Assembly (NCBI RefSeq): GCF_018977255.1
Contig: NW_024704742.1
Coordinates: forward strand, 63,490,001-63,554,000
Direction of reading: 5' to 3'
Source of the DNA: Callorhinchus milii
Taxonomy: Eukaryota
Length of the DNA stretch: 64,000 bases
How positions within the stretch are numbered: position 1 is the first letter of the stretch; the number at the start of each line of letters is the position of its first letter. Below, in pieces: positions 27,506-41,786 of the stretch. The notes beneath the pieces are model-generated. The model saw only the letters and a list, made by a program, of their open reading frames with translations, had not been told where the DNA came from and made no database searches. Made by a program: the position numbers and the translations under genes.

Positions 27506-29264
27506 GGCCTGTAATTTGTTGGGTGGCTATAATCCTTCTAATCCTGGCATTTGAGAACCCTTTCATGTCAGAAGGATGTTTCAAAGCACTTTTTAAGATT
27601 CACTATTAAAATATATATTTTGTAGGTAAATGCAGTTAATTGGGTATCTTCCCTTCTTATTGTTATAGTTAGATTAGAATATAGTCAGTTCAATGAGAAT
27701 AATGTAAGAGAATTCACTGTGAAGAACATCCCTTGTGATCCCTTCCACTGGTGGGGAGAAAAAGAGGCTTATTCTCTTCACAGTGTGTGGCAGATGCTAG
27801 AATTAAGGAAATTGATCCCATTGTATATGTCAAAGTAGGATATCTCTTTCATCTTACATGACTAGGAAAGTTCAGCCCACAACCATACGTACATTCACTT
27901 GGATACAGGCATTGAGCAATAACATTTTCCAACTGATTGCTCTCAGGTTTAACTGAAGGCAAGTATCAACCAGGTGGCAAGGGTGTAAATGAATTGGTTT
28001 ACCAGCTAAAGAGGAAATGGGCATCAGCTATGAATCTAACAGCTGCAACCTTTTCACCAAGACAAATCTCTTGTCGTTGTAATTATTTTTCACTGACATT
28101 TTTAATAATACCAACAATAAATCCATGCATTTAAAGTGGCATCACATCAAAATGTCTCAAACCCCTCACTGGGAATTGCTATAAAGTATTTTGACTACAT
28201 CTGTAGGCAAACAATTTGCACTTGGCAATATCCCACAAGCAACCATGAAGTGAGCTATCTGGAGAACCATTGGCCAGGATACAGGGAGAAACTCTCTTCT
28301 GTTTACCAATAACTCAGCCACATTCACTGACATTTCAAATCAATTTTATTTTGTAAAGAACTTGGGGGAGGTGTATTTTACAAGAAAAGCATATGTATGG
28401 TTTTCTTGAAAAGTTTTGCCTCATTTAATTACAAATTCTTTACTGATGACGTTAATTCCGTCATTCTATACTTATGAAAAATAGACATAAATCGATACCG
28501 AACCCTTCACCAGACATGGATTATTAAGTGCCCTAAATATTAATTATCAATTGTTGCTCAGTGTTTGAAATGTAAATGAATTGGTTTACCAGCCAGCAAT
28601 GAAATATAATATCAATAATAATCATACTTTAATTTGATATAATGCCTTTTTACGTCTCAAAGCACTTCGCAGGAAATACTGTAGTATAGTGACTGGATAG
28701 ATATCACAGCTTTTTGGTCACTGTAGTTTAAATTTGTGTTTCAAACAGCACTAATGGGATTAAAATGCAGTTGTTGTCAGTCTAAAAGCTCAGCAGTTCA
28801 TATTAACTGATGGTCTGCTGAGCTTTTAGCTAAATGTGCCTTGTAACCCTAACCAGGACACCTTGTCTGAACAGAAGAAAAAAACTAAATAAAAATGTTG
28901 CTTCCCTTTTTTAATTTGGACCAATTCTGGAATTAGAGCCATTTTCAGCAAACAGTTATATTACAAGATTACGCAATTGGTTTGGAGGAAGGCCCTGCAC
29001 TTCAGTCCATTTGATCTTATCCTTCCAGAATACCCATCCTACCCTCTGCCCATCACGGGTTTTGTTAAAAGTCCAGCATCCAGGCCTTCTTGGTAACCTG
29101 GACCAGTTGTTATCTGAGTGAAGAATAACTCTTGATGCCTGTACTATACTGACATTACTCTTTGCAACCTTTTCTGCGGTCTTGTTCTGGGTTTATACAA
29201 TACAAAACTATTTGCATTTATATAGCGCCTTTCACATCAGCAAGATATCGCAAAGCACTTGACT

Positions 29265-29552
29265 AGCGCTTTTCATGTCGGGGGGACATCCCAAAGCGCT
29301 TCACAGAACACACTGTAAAGTGAATTGACTATATTTGTGGGCGAACGCGGCAGCCAATTGCGCACAGCAATATCCCACAAACAGTCGTAGATTGAAAATG
29401 ACCAATTTTATTATTGTTTTTGTTTTTTGGAGGGATTATTATTAGGCGTGTGGAGTGAGGAAACTTGCCCAAGGTTTCGCCCTCTGCCTGGAATTGAACT
29501 CAGGTCTCTCGTTTGCCAAGCGAGTGCTCTAACCACTGAGCTACAGGACTCC
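29265..29552 (-). mobile_element. SINE family A, short form
   Basis: Near-identical to 62049-62364. Confidence 0.87.
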
Positions 29553-31107
29553 AATGAATAATGGATCAGACCTCAGGTGGGAGCTGAGGAGGGTGGAGAG
29601 GGAAAGATGACTGAAAGAATGGTCAAAGAGGTACATGTTGAGACAACATTGAACAAGGTGAGAAAAGGAGTCAGAGGGAGTTCTAGAGAATGGAGGCAGA
29701 ATGGCTGAAATCCCGTCTGTCAATTGTGGGGCAGATAGGGCAGAGAATGTGAAGTAAGGTTTATTTTCTCAATCTCATTTAGAATCCTTTATATCTCTAT
29801 ATACATCTTCTGATGCATTTTCTTTCATGTCTGAAAAGACCTTGCTTGTAGGCCCTAGTTCTTGAAAAGCTTCAGCATCAGCCAGAATGCAGAGGAAAAC
29901 ATGACCTTCAAAATGTGCACTTGTACTATTGTTCCTGCTTCCAGTGGCAGAGACCAAGGTCATCATAGCACTATGGTGAAAATCAATCATGCAAGCTTGC
30001 TTCAAATAGGATTGTGCTGAGAATTGTGGTCAGAACAAAGACGAGTACATCTATCACATGTTACAAAAGAGTTTTGGAGTCTTTAATGCCATGAAAGTAC
30101 ATGACCACCAAGCAAGGAAAATACTTCAGGAATAAATGGTAGCGTTTAGACAGTTCAATATTTACTAAATATACAGGAGAAGGCTGCAATTGTTACAGCA
30201 AATTACCACTGTTCTTTCATGAGTGCAAAGAACCCAGGAATAACGGACTTTTCTCACAAGTGAAAGATGCTGGCAACAACCCTTTAGCCAATGCAATAAA
30301 TCTATTTATTCTGCAAACAGCAATCGGATGGCGATGAAACCACTCTGGAACATTGCTTACCGTAGTGAGTGTAAAGGTATATGCCTCTGTACTGTTTTTC
30401 GTTTCACCCTCAAAGACTTAAACTGAACACATATTCTATACGTTTAGGTGGATGTTAAAGATCCCATGGCACCATTTGAAAAGAGAAGAGAGTTTTTCCC
30501 AGTGCCCTAGACCAACAATCTCCCAAATAAATTGGTCACTCGATCAATGGCTGTTTGTGGGACATTACTGTGCACAAATTGGCTGCTGCTTTTGCCTACA
30601 AAATATACAATGACTACACTTTACAGTAAATCCTGGGAAGCACTTTGAAACATCTTCCCGATGTGAAAGGCACTAAATCAAATGTAAGGATGATTATATT
30701 ACAATATATTGTTGCAGTGTGCCAAGCTACTTTCCACCTCACTACCAATTCATACTGTGGTACTACCAGAAAAAGGCTACATTCTGCTTGTTAATAGGTT
30801 TACTAACTTTTGAGGTGGCCACTCATCAGGCGATTTTCCAAATATGAAAGAATGTCATCAACAAGCAGTGGAATATATCAGTCTAATAATAATAATCTTT
30901 GCATTTGATATAGCGCCTTATCACGTCTTTGAGATGTTTCAAAGCCTTTCACAGATTGTACTGTAAAGTGAATTGATTGTATATTTTGTGGACGAAACGC
31001 AGCAGCTAGTTACGCACAGCAGCATCCCACAAACAGTCGTGGATCGAGTGACCAAGTTATTATTATTGTAACTAAGAAAACACAAGAAGAGAGCAAAATT
31101 TAATCCT

Positions 31108-31445
31108 GGAGTCCTGTAGTTCAGTAGTAAGAGCACTCGCCTCACAAGCAAGAGGACCTGGGTTTGATTCCCGGGCAGGGTGAAACCTAAATTTCCTTAC
31201 TCCACACACCTCTGGTTACGTTGCAATATGTAGGAACCCAGTTGTTAGTCAATTGGTGGATTGCTTTCCAGGGGAATAGTCCTTTCAAAAAAAAATTAAT
31301 AATAATAATTTGCTCACTCAATCCATGACTGTTTGAGGGACCACTGCAGTGTGTAATTGACTGCCATGTTTCGCCCACCAAGTATACAGTCAGTTCACTT
31401 TACAGTACATTTTGTGACGTGCTTTGAAATTTCTCAACGACATGA
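31108..31445 (+). mobile_element. SINE family A, long form
   Basis: Head GGAGTCCTGTAG and long body. Confidence 0.82.
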
Positions 31446-32693
31446 TTTCTTTTGTGTTTGAGTTTTCATTTGGGCACACAAGATTCCAAATGGGATTGAG
31501 AGAGTAAATCCATAGGAATATTTTCAAATACACCAAGGCAGCAAAACAAGTGGGCACAGCGTAAGGGTTTCAAAAGGGTAAAGAGTACACGGAGGGTAAG
31601 TCAATAATTATTTAGAAAAAGGTTACCAGGAAGAGTGGTTAAAGCCAAAATGCCTGACTCATTTAAAAAGCAACTCCATTCTGTAATCGATGGATGGTAG
31701 GGTGGGTCATCTGAAAGGATAAGATCAAATGGGCTGAAGAGTCTTCTTCATTCAAACCTCTCTTCGACTTTGTGTGATCTCTTGTGATTTAGGCACCAAT
31801 TGAATGAACAACAAAGTGGGCTGTGGTACAAAGATGCCTGACTTTCAATAATCCTTGTTCCACCAAATTTTAAATCTCAAAAGATAATGGGGTCCAAAAG
31901 GCAATATTTGGATTTGCTGCATTAATTGGAACTTCTGGTTTGCCATTCACAATTTTTAAATTCAAAATTAAAGTAGATGTCACCATCACAGCCTTGGATA
32001 AAAATTCCTATTCAATACAATTTACATTTATATAGCATGTTGGGAGGATATCTCAAAATGCTTTATTCAACTGTCTTGACACATGAGCTAGGGGACAGGG
32101 AGCTGAAAGGATAGAGGAGAAGGGGGGGGCGAGAAAGACGACCAACAATGTAGTCAAAAAGGTAAATCTTGCTGCAGGAAAAGGCCAGAAAGCGAAGCCT
32201 TATCCGACATTCAGGATTCAAAAAACAGTGTTTTTTTTAATCTCAAAATCGTCAATCACAAAAGTGGTAAATTAACGTAATTGTAATTAACCCAAACAAA
32301 TTTGGTCTGCAAGTATTTTAAACCACCCATGATTCCCTGAAAATGCCAACAGATTAGCTTCAGTTATAAAACAACAGGAAATGCTAAGAACACAGGCTGT
32401 TTCCTGGTTCACGGTATTTCTAGTATACTGTACTACATCAACCAGTTAAAATAAACACATAAATGCAGGAAATTCACAGCAGGTCAATCAACTTTTGAAA
32501 GGAAAAACAGGTTAATGTTTTGGGTGACACCCTTCATTCATGTTTTTATTTCAGATTTCCGGCATTTTCTGTTTTGTTTTAATATCAACAAACTCTGCAA
32601 TTCACCTTAAGTGTCAGCCTGACTGTAGCACGACAAGTAAAAAATGCTTTGGGTTCAAGTTCCACACCAGATTTTTGAGCTTATGGCCTAGAC

Positions 32694-32929
32694 CAGGGTG
32701 GTCTAACCTTTTGGCTGCTGAGGGCCGAATGCCGGATTTGAGAAATGATTGTGGGCCTCATGAGCAACATTTTATCCTGTTTCTCCTGTCCTGTTGTCGA
32801 GACAGAGACAGAGTCCCCGGTGATCATCTCCTGATTGATTCGGAGCCTGCGAGTTGCTTGTCGGACAATGAAGTTGGAAATGGTTTGTGGGCCGGATGTG
32901 GCCCTCGGGCTGCCACAGTGACAATCCTG
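32694..32929. mobile_element. hAT/Charlie-like MITE inserted in a Deu-type SINE
   Basis: Starts CAGGGTGGTCTAACCTTTT, has subterminal GGGCCG motifs and ends ...ACAATCCTG; left flank gcctagac resembles the Charlie target preference; right target duplication is incomplete. Confidence 0.6.
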
Positions 32930-35900
32930 GCCACCTCTGGGCAGTACCAGGGGAGCACTACATTGTAAGCGGTTCTATTCTTCGGATGAGCCGTTCAACC
33001 GAGGTTCCGTCTGCCTGTTCAGGATCTTGTGGCACTACTCAAAAAGGGGAGTTTCTCCTGGTGTCCTGGCCAACAGTATCCCAGATAAATTGGCCATTTA
33101 CTTTATGGGATGCTGCCATGTACAAATTGACAACTATGTTTGCTTGCAAATGCACACTCACTACACTTTGCTGTGGATGCTGTGAAACATTTTGAGACAG
33201 AATGTGCTAAGGTGCTATATCAAATGTAAAGATTATTATTATAAACACTATCTTTATTGAATAGTCTGTGAGCTCCTTTTTTTCTGGGAAACAAAACTTC
33301 CATATCCTTCTAAATATCAGCTGCATTCTATGGAATGTGCTGTATTTTTAAAGCCATTTTCAAAGAAAATCACAGATCAATATGTCGCCAATGCAATTCT
33401 GATCCTTTGACAGTGTCCCTCACTTATGTATTGTACAATCAATAGCAAGACATTAAGTTCAGAATACACCTCCACAAGTACAGAGCAAAATTACATTGAT
33501 CTTGGATGCTAAATGAGGAATGCTTTAATGCCTTTTATGTCTGTGGGACACTATGTTCCAACAGCTTATCATAGAGCAAATTCTAATTTTAACTCCTACA
33601 ACCTATTGGCATTCTTAGGTCTGCACAAATGTAAATGTTATCAACATTGTCACACAGACTTGACACTAGCTTCCAGTAATAGAATACACTCTCTCTTCAC
33701 TTATTCTATCTCCACCCCGGGTATAATTACTTAGTTCCTACCCACCCCCCCCACACTCACACAAGCGCGCACACACATACACACAGACTCACACATATTG
33801 CTACGTTCAAAGTTTTTCATTTACTTAAAGTGCCAGTGAATCAGAGAATAGAATGCAACACAGAAATAGGCTATTCAGTCCAGCAAGTTTATTCTGGTGC
33901 CAGCTTCTCCACCGATGCTAACTGCAAGCCAAGGTTGTTTGAATAATCGCTGTATCCTTTCTGAAGTCCTTGATATTGTGTAGAACCCAGAACTGCACAC
34001 AGTACTCAACTGTAGCCTAAACAATATCTTGTATAAAGAAAGTTTCTTTTCTTTTACACACCCTAGGTCTGTACCTGGATCCTTCCATTCCTCAAAATCA
34101 TAAGAACATTGCCATTTAAGATAAACTTCTTTTCTTTTTGTTCCCCAAAAATTACTATTTCATATTCTACAACATTAAACTTCATCTGCCACGTATTTGC
34201 CCAAATAGTCAAGTCAGCCCCCATTTTTCTATGTTCTTCCTCAGTTTGCCATACTCCTCATTTAAAATCATTGCTAACCTTAGAAATTCTTCCTGTGCCT
34301 ATTTCCAAATTATTAATATAAATAGAAAACAACAACTTCTTGTATTTATATAATGCCTTCATGCTGGTAGTGCCTGGAATACTTAACCAATATTGGTCCC
34401 AGCACAGTTGCCTGGGGCACACCACTAACTACATCCAGTCAATCCGAGTAAAATACATTTGCTCCTTGTCTCTGCCTTCTAGCTTTGAGAGGTGTAATTG
34501 GATTTATTTAGAGACATTTTCAGGTTTATTATTAGAACCCTCTATCCATGACACCACTTTCTCTGCAAAACCATGTGCTTTAATGTTCTAATTCAGACTT
34601 TTATGGAGCATTTTATCAAAAGCCTTCTGAAAATCTATGTAAGCATCAACTGCATGCCCATTACCTGCACATTATGTGACACTTTGTGGATGTTTCGCCC
34701 CAAAAATATACAGTCAATTCACTTCACAGTATATTCTGTGAAGGGCTTTGGGATATCTCAACAACATGATAAGATGCTTTATCAAATGCAAGGATTATTA
34801 TTAAAACAAAATCCATTGAGTCAAGCATGACCTGGGAGTTACAAATGATTGTGACTTTCCCTGCGAATCAGAGACAGGAACTTGAATTACTTTTGCTGCA
34901 AATGATTAAACAAATCAGCACCTCGGGACGTCCTCCCGACATGAAAGGCGCTATAATAAATGCAATTAGTTGTTATTGTAAAAAGGCATCCAGAGCCTCC
35001 CAGAAAGTTGATGCAGAAGTAGAAAAACACTGATGGAGTGCAAATAAGACCTTTATATGAAACATCATAGTGTGCAGCCCCCCTTACCCCCCCCCTCTCC
35101 CGCCCCCCCACCCCCTCCCCCGACTCCTTCCAAAAACCATAGACAAAATACCTGGAAAGGATCCACTGGAGCAATATGGATTTCAGAAGAAACTAGATTT
35201 TAGATCAGATGATGAAAATTGTAGTTAAATATGCACAGAGAATTTTTTAAAGGACCCAGCTGTTGTAATCTGAATAAATTATGCTAGTAAAACATTTATA
35301 GAGCAAAACCATAGTGTGCAGCTCCCTCTCCCCCCCCCTCTAAAAGTCACACACTGTAAGATTGTAGAGAGTGAATACACATGATGCCTACTGCTCTAGA
35401 CTTGCAAGTGAGGTGAGCTGGGGTAGCTTCAAGACTGCGTCACTGTAAGCCTGGTGACAGACCAGAGATATTTATCGTGCAGCGAAGCTGGTCATGATAT
35501 ACTCTATTTATAACTCTCCAGCAACAGTTTCGGCTGCATTGGAGGAGGGACTGGATTTGATGCGTACTTTTGATGCTCTAGTTTTAAAAAGAGAAAGACT
35601 CTCCTTACATCAGCTGACTCTGCCTCTGGTGTCATTGAGATGTCCTATATTAATACAGCATCTAGTTTTTTTGTTTCATTCACGCTCTCCCACCCCACAC
35701 CTATATCCTCCCTCCCCTTTTTCAGGGTCACAGAGCAAGAACAATCTACTATAATTCACTATAAACTTTTTAAGTGACTTTCAGTTCATTTTAGTGCAGA
35801 TTTGGAGAACATTAAACATTAGCGGAATGTGATATATTCGCCCACAAAATACAGTCAATTCACTTTGCAGTATACTCTCTGAAGCGCTTTGAGACGTCTC

Positions 35901-36265
35901 AACAACATTCCTCCTAAAGAAAACACACCCTTGACCCCTCAAACCTTACAAATTACGATCCCATGTATAACCTGCCCTTCTCGTCAACGCCCTGGAACAA
36001 GTTATCCCTAACCAGCTTTGCTCACACCTCCCCTTTCTTGAGCCCCTCCCGCAGCAGAGTCAGGGTTTGTTAAGGTCACAAAAGACATCCTCCTCTCTCT
36101 GTGACCTGGGCTCCCTCTGCCTCCTCGTCCTCCTGGATCTCTCCTTTTAAGCGCTCCGGGACGCCACCCTGAGTAAAGCGCGCTACGTAAATGCCATTCG
36201 GCGCGGTATCAAATGCAAAGATTATTATTATTATTATTAAAACGACAAGTCAGTTGCTGACGTAC

Positions 36266-36539
36266 CTCCTTCATCCAGCAGATGTCCATTGGAGTTGTAC
36301 CACTGTATGTGTGGCAGAGGCTCCCCGCTCACATTGCAGTCGATGGAGGCGCTGGCTCCCTCTCTCACTATAATGTGATCCAGTCTCGTTGTCACGAAAG
36401 GCACAATTCCTGGTTTTTGCTCCGTCCCATTGAAAGCGGTGCGATCACTCACATCCTCAGCCACAGAGGCTCTCAGCACCCAACTCAGCGTCAGCAGCAA
36501 AAACCCGTGCGGATGATGGGTCGGGGACATGGTCATCAT
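36266..36539 (-). CDS. MFAP3L: MFAP3L first coding exon (signal peptide and start of Ig domain); exon extends upstream to acceptor at 36688
   Basis: ORF MMTMSPTHHPHGFLLLTLSWVLRASVA...HIIVREGASASIDCNVSGEPLPHIQWYNSNGHLLDEG. Donor G|GTACGT at 36265 joins in frame to 23116 (1263 nt, 420 aa). Acceptor ctccag|GT at 36690-36689 follows a (TC/TCTG)n tract. Which of three nearby ATGs is used is uncertain. Confidence 0.9.
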
Positions 36540-36690
36540 GTTAATGCACTAAACACTGATCATGGTGTTTGTTTTTTTTTTGGGGGGGGGGGATTGGGGA
36601 GGAAAAAAAACTGCTTTTCACTTCCCTGCTGATGCTTTTCAGTCCAGTCTGGAACTAAGTCCTGTATTTCCTGATAGCTTGGTACAACCT

Positions 36691-37030
36691 GGAGAGAGAG
36701 AGACAGACAGACAGAGAGACAGACAGACAGACAGACAGAGAGACAGAGAGACAGACAGACAGACAGAGAGAGGTGGAGAGGAGTGAAATCAAAAAGAAAT
36801 TACAAAAGAGCGTAGATCTGATTTCAGTTCACAAAAACTCAAAAGAGGCACTGACCTTGAATCCTAATATTGCTTTGGTTTCGCCAGAATTAAATAACAG
36901 GTCAAAGTCATATGTAGATATCTGCTGTATATAAACACACACACACACACACACACACATCTGTAAACCACACACATACACACACACACACACATCCGTA
37001 AACCACACACACACACACACACACACACAC
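36691..37030. repeat. (GACA/GA)n and (CA)n microsatellites
   Basis: 36691-36770 (GACA/GA)n; 36935-37030 interrupted (CA)n. Confidence 0.95.
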
Positions 37031-37088
37031 AGGCATTGCAATAAAACCTCAACAAATGCAGTAATGCAAAGGTGCGACGATGCTATCG

Positions 37089-37620
37089 ATCGGGGTTTGG
37101 TGTATATACCCCCTCACCCCCTCTCCCCTCACCCCCCCTCACCCCCTCTCCCCTCACCCCCTCTCCCCTCACCCCCTCACCCCCTCTCCCCCCTCTCCCC
37201 CCTTACCCCCTCTCCCCCCTCTCCCCTCACCCCCTCTCCCCCTTCTACCACTCTCCCCCCTCTCCCCTCACCCCTCTCCCCTCACCCCCTCTCCCCTCAC
37301 CCTCTCCCCTCACCCCCTCTCCCCTCACCCCCTCTCCCCCTTCTACCACTCTCCCCCCCTCTCCCCTCACCCCTCTCCCCTCACCCCCTCTCCCCTCACC
37401 CTCACCCCCTCTACCCTCCCCCTCTCCCTTCACCCCCTCACCCCCCTCACCCCTCACCCCCTCTCCCCTCACCCCCTCTCCCCTCACCCCTCACCCCCTC
37501 TACCCTCACCCCCTCTACCCTCACCCCCTCTCCCCCCTCTACCCCCCTCCCCTCTCCCCTCCCCCCTCCCCTCTCCCCCTCGCGCCTCTCCTCTCACCCC
37601 TTACCCCTCTCCCCGCCCCT
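37089..37620. repeat. Polypyrimidine/polypurine low-complexity tract (CCCCTCT/CCCCTCA)n in probable MFAP3L intron 1
   Basis: Directly visible C-rich tract; G-rich on the MFAP3L sense strand. Confidence 0.95.
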
Positions 37621-37759
37621 CAGCCTTTGTTACTGCAGCCGATGGCAAGACAAGGCAGGGCAGGGGAAGGGAAGGCAGGGGCAGGGGAAGGCAGGGCAGG
37701 GGATGGAGATACCCAGGGCCCGGGGCGAGGTGCAGTGTGTCAGTGTGAGTGCCACTCAC

Positions 37760-37900
37760 CAGCTGATCCCCGGAGTCCCTTTGGAGCTGAGCCGCAGCAC
37801 TGTCTGTCTGTGTCTCTGTGTCTCTGTGGCTCTGCACAGGTCGCACTGTGCACCGCAACCACAGAGCAGCCGGAGATGCTTTCAACAGGAGCTCCCCCCC
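37760..37900 (-). other. MFAP3L: Probable non-coding 5' exon of MFAP3L
   Basis: Strong donor CTG|GTGAGT at 37759 on the minus strand; TATAAA at 37932-37927 lies just upstream. The 5' boundary is inferred. Confidence 0.5.
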
Positions 37901-37926
37901 CCCCCCCCCCCCCCCCCGCCTCCAGC

Positions 37927-38460
37927 TTTATATTAATATATGTATAAATATACAGCACAGTGTATATGTATTATATATCATATATATTTGTTAATCCAAT
38001 ATAATTGCTGCACTGTCCCTGTTGTTATTATTATTATTTGCTGTTGTTGGATTGCACTTCTTTTCTGTTTGCACTTGTTTCCCCCAACCCCAGACCCTGG
38101 GCTGGTGAGCTGTTAGCAGCCGGGCTCTGCCTGCCTTGCCCTGCCTGCCCTGCCCGCCTTGCCCTGCCCGCCCTGCCCGCACTGCCACACAAGGTGCTGA
38201 CGAGACTGGACTGACAGCCACAGGGTCACTCGCCCGGGACCCTGTGTAAAAGGTGGCACCGGCCCCCGCAGCCCGAGTGAGGCGCGCGCGGCGCAGCCCG
38301 AGCGGAGGAGGGAAGGCAGAGGCCGAGCCACGGAACCTGGATAACTCAATCACCTCTCACACGCTCGCCTCTCCCGCCCGGGAATGTGGATCAGGCAGAA
38401 CCATCCCGCCCCCGAACCTGAGTAAATGCATACCCGCCCTCCACCTCTGCTCGCCAAGGA
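37927..38460 (-). promoter_or_regulatory. MFAP3L candidate promoter: TATA-like box and small CpG-rich island
   Basis: Minus-strand TATAAA at 37932-37927; CpG/GC-rich segment ~38100-38460 (ggcgcgcgcggcgc, cccgccc motifs) in an otherwise CpG-poor window. Confidence 0.5.
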
Positions 38461-40607
38461 CCCTGAATATAATAATAATAATAATAATAATACATGCATT
38501 TTATTAGGCACACATTGCCTAATAATAATCCCTCCAAAAAAACAAAAACAATAATAAATTGGTCATTTTCAATCTACGACTGTTTGTGGGACATTGCTGT
38601 GCGCAATTGGCTGCCGCGTTCGCCCACAAATATACAGTCAATTCACTTTACAGTGTGTTCTGTGAAGCGCTTTGGGACGTCCTCCCGACGTGAAAAGCAC
38701 TATATCAAATGCAAGGATTATTATTATTATTATTATTATAGCACCTTATCACATCGGAAGGACGTCTCAAAGAGCTTCACAGGAATTGCTGTGAAATGGA
38801 GTGACTGGGTATTTTGTAGCCAAACACAGCAGCACAACGGCATCCCATAAACCCATATTATTATTATTATTGTTATCCCATAAACATCTATGAAACAAGT
38901 GACCAATTTTATTTGGAGGATTGTTGGTCAGGACACCAGGAGAAACTCCCTTCTCTTTTTGAATAGTGCCACGGGATGTTGAACAACCACCCGAACACAC
39001 AAACGAGGGCCTCGGTTTAACGTCTCATTTAAATGATGGAAATTGAATAATGGAAATTCCTGTCAAATTTGTAACCAAAAGTTTTTTAAGCCATTTTGAC
39101 TTCAAGGTTGAAGAATTTTTGAGACGTCTCGAAAAGGTATGAATAGGTGCTATATCGAATGCAAGGATTATTATTATTATTAATAATTTATGGGATGGGG
39201 AGAAAAAGCTCTTCCAATTCTTGTCTTAATTTGGTAGAACGTTTTTATTTGAAGCATTGCATCCACCTACAAAATACACAGTCACTGCACTTTACAGTAA
39301 ATCCTGTGAAACGCTTTGAGACATGAAAAATGCTGTGTTCAAACGCAAGGTTGTTATTTGGACTATTAATTGTAAGAAACACTGATTTACTGCTAGCATT
39401 AATTAAGAAAATGTCTCAAATTCTGCACAATCTTCAGCTTTAAGACAGGTGTCTGAGACTGTGAGGTATTTTGAGTCTCTGAGTTCCATAGAGAGGTCAC
39501 AGAAGCTGTGACTGTTCCCATGAAAGAAGACAAGGCTCAAGGGAGATCTATTGAAGTACAGATAAATTCAAACCTAATAATACATTTAACTTGTTTAAAG
39601 AATCTAGAACGAGGGTATGTGAAATCAACTTAGAAGAAGGAAGGTGAATAGTTATCTCAAATTCAATTACGTTACACAATGTACGGCGGATTGTATCAGC
39701 AAATTCAAGAGGGAATTAGGTAACTATTTGTTAACAATTTAATTGAGAGATAAGAAAAACTTTACATTTGTTTTAACTGCTTTCACATCAGGAAGGCATC
39801 TCAAAGTGCTGCGAGCAATTACTTTAAAGTGTATGGACAGTATATTGTGTAGGCAAACGTAGCAGCTAATTTGACCTTTTCATCTTTTTTGATCCTCAAA
39901 TCCAAAGCCTGCATCAGATCTTAAATCAGGAATGAATCCAGTTCCCTTTGAATGCCTCATTTGTTAGTGTTTACTCTATTAGTTACCGTGTATTCCACAT
40001 GTTATTGACTGATCTTGAAGATTTTACTCCTTATGTTCCTCAGTTTGCAAATTATGTGCTATCCAGATCTCATATATTGGTGTTGTGCAAACTAACAATC
40101 CTTTGAAATAGCTGCTTATCACATCAACAAGACAGCTCAAAGCATTTTTGGGGATTTACTGTGTATTTTGTAGGGAAATGCAGCAGCCGATTTGCACACG
40201 GAGCAAGAGTGCTACCACCTGAGTCAAGCTGACATACTTGGGAATAGCATCAACATGGTTTGTTGGCTGCTCTGTTTTTTCATCCTCTCCTCAAGGGAAA
40301 CACCTTGCCACCACTCAGTTCTTGACCCAGGGGTTGTGTCTGACGGTGGGAACTCCCTGTGTGGAAAACCATAGCAGGAAACAACATCTGTACCTCAGTC
40401 AGGTTGTTCATCCAGTTCTCCTTGTTTCTGGCCTGCCTATGCAAAGACTTTGAAATAAACTGAACCTTATGATGGCTTCATAAGTTTGCAGGAATGTCCT
40501 AATCTCAGTACTCATGCCTGTTACTTAAAGGCTCGAGGGGTTGGATATTTAAGCCTTATGATTAGTGAATAGAATACATACAATGTATGTAGTACTGTAG
40601 ACATTCT

Positions 40608-40912
40608 GGAGTCCTATCACTCAGTGGTTAGAGCACTTGCCTCGCAAGCGAGAAACCTGGGTTCGATTCCCAGCAGGGCGAAACCTTACTTCACACGCCT
40701 GATAATAATCCCTCAAGAAAAAATAAACAATAATAAAATTGGTCACTTCAATCCACGAATGTTTGTGGGATACTGCAATGCCTAATTCGCTGCTGCATTT
40801 CGCCCACAAATATACAGTCAATTTACTTTACAGTATATTCTGTGAAGTGCTTTGAGACATCTAGAAGATGTGAAAAGCGCTATATCAAATGCAAGGATTA
40901 TTATTATTATTA
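40608..40912 (+). mobile_element. SINE family A
   Basis: Head, body and (ATT)n tail. Confidence 0.87.
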
Positions 40913-41786
40913 TACATATTTACAAACGAATATTCTTGTAGATGTCTGCTTCTGCTTGGTGGAATACATTCTCCTGGCAACAGGCAGGATTTTATGTGAT
41001 TAGTCATCATTGGAGTCTTGTGTGTTGGGCAAGTTTCCTTAGCAGTAAGTAGGAACCCGGTTGTTAGTCTATTGGTGGATCGCTTTTCCGGGGTAATAAT
41101 TCCTTAAAAAAAATAATAATAAATTGGTCACTTCAATCGACAACTGTTTGAGGGACACTGATATGTGCAATTGGCTGCCGCATTTCTCCCACAAAACATA
41201 TAGTCAATTCACTTTACAGTATAATCTGTGAAGCGCTGTGAAACATCTCAAAGACGTTATAAGGCACTATATCAAATGCAAGGATTATTATTATTATTTT
41301 AATAAGTATAGTACAATAAGGCAGGGGACGTTTATCAGCAATAAATCCAAAATTTGTTAAAAATATCCATATCAGAGATTTGGCTAAAATATTTCTAAAA
41401 TTTGGCTAAAATACCACAAGAACATTTTTTTAATATAAAAAAGTCGAATTGTAATATTTTCCTTTTTTCTGGTTCTGGTGATATATCCATTTCTTTTTTC
41501 CAAAATGTTGGCAGTTCTTATAGACCTGAACAGAATGCACTGAACTCCAAACTCTTAACAATTATTGCCAGTTGCACTACCAATAAAAACCTTTCTATTT
41601 GAGGATTGAACAGCATTGCTCAAATCCTATCCCCATATCCCACTATGTTCAGGCTCCCACTCTACCTCTATAAAGCACGTTGAGTCATTTTTTTTATGTG
41701 AAAGGTGCTGTACATAGCAAGTGCAAGATATTGTTGATAGACTGATATGTAAACAAACAGATATATATAAATATACACATGTGTTA

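Noticed and set aside
37064..37947. Proline-rich 222-291-aa ORFs
   Set aside because: Artefact of the C-rich low-complexity tract; open in all three frames.
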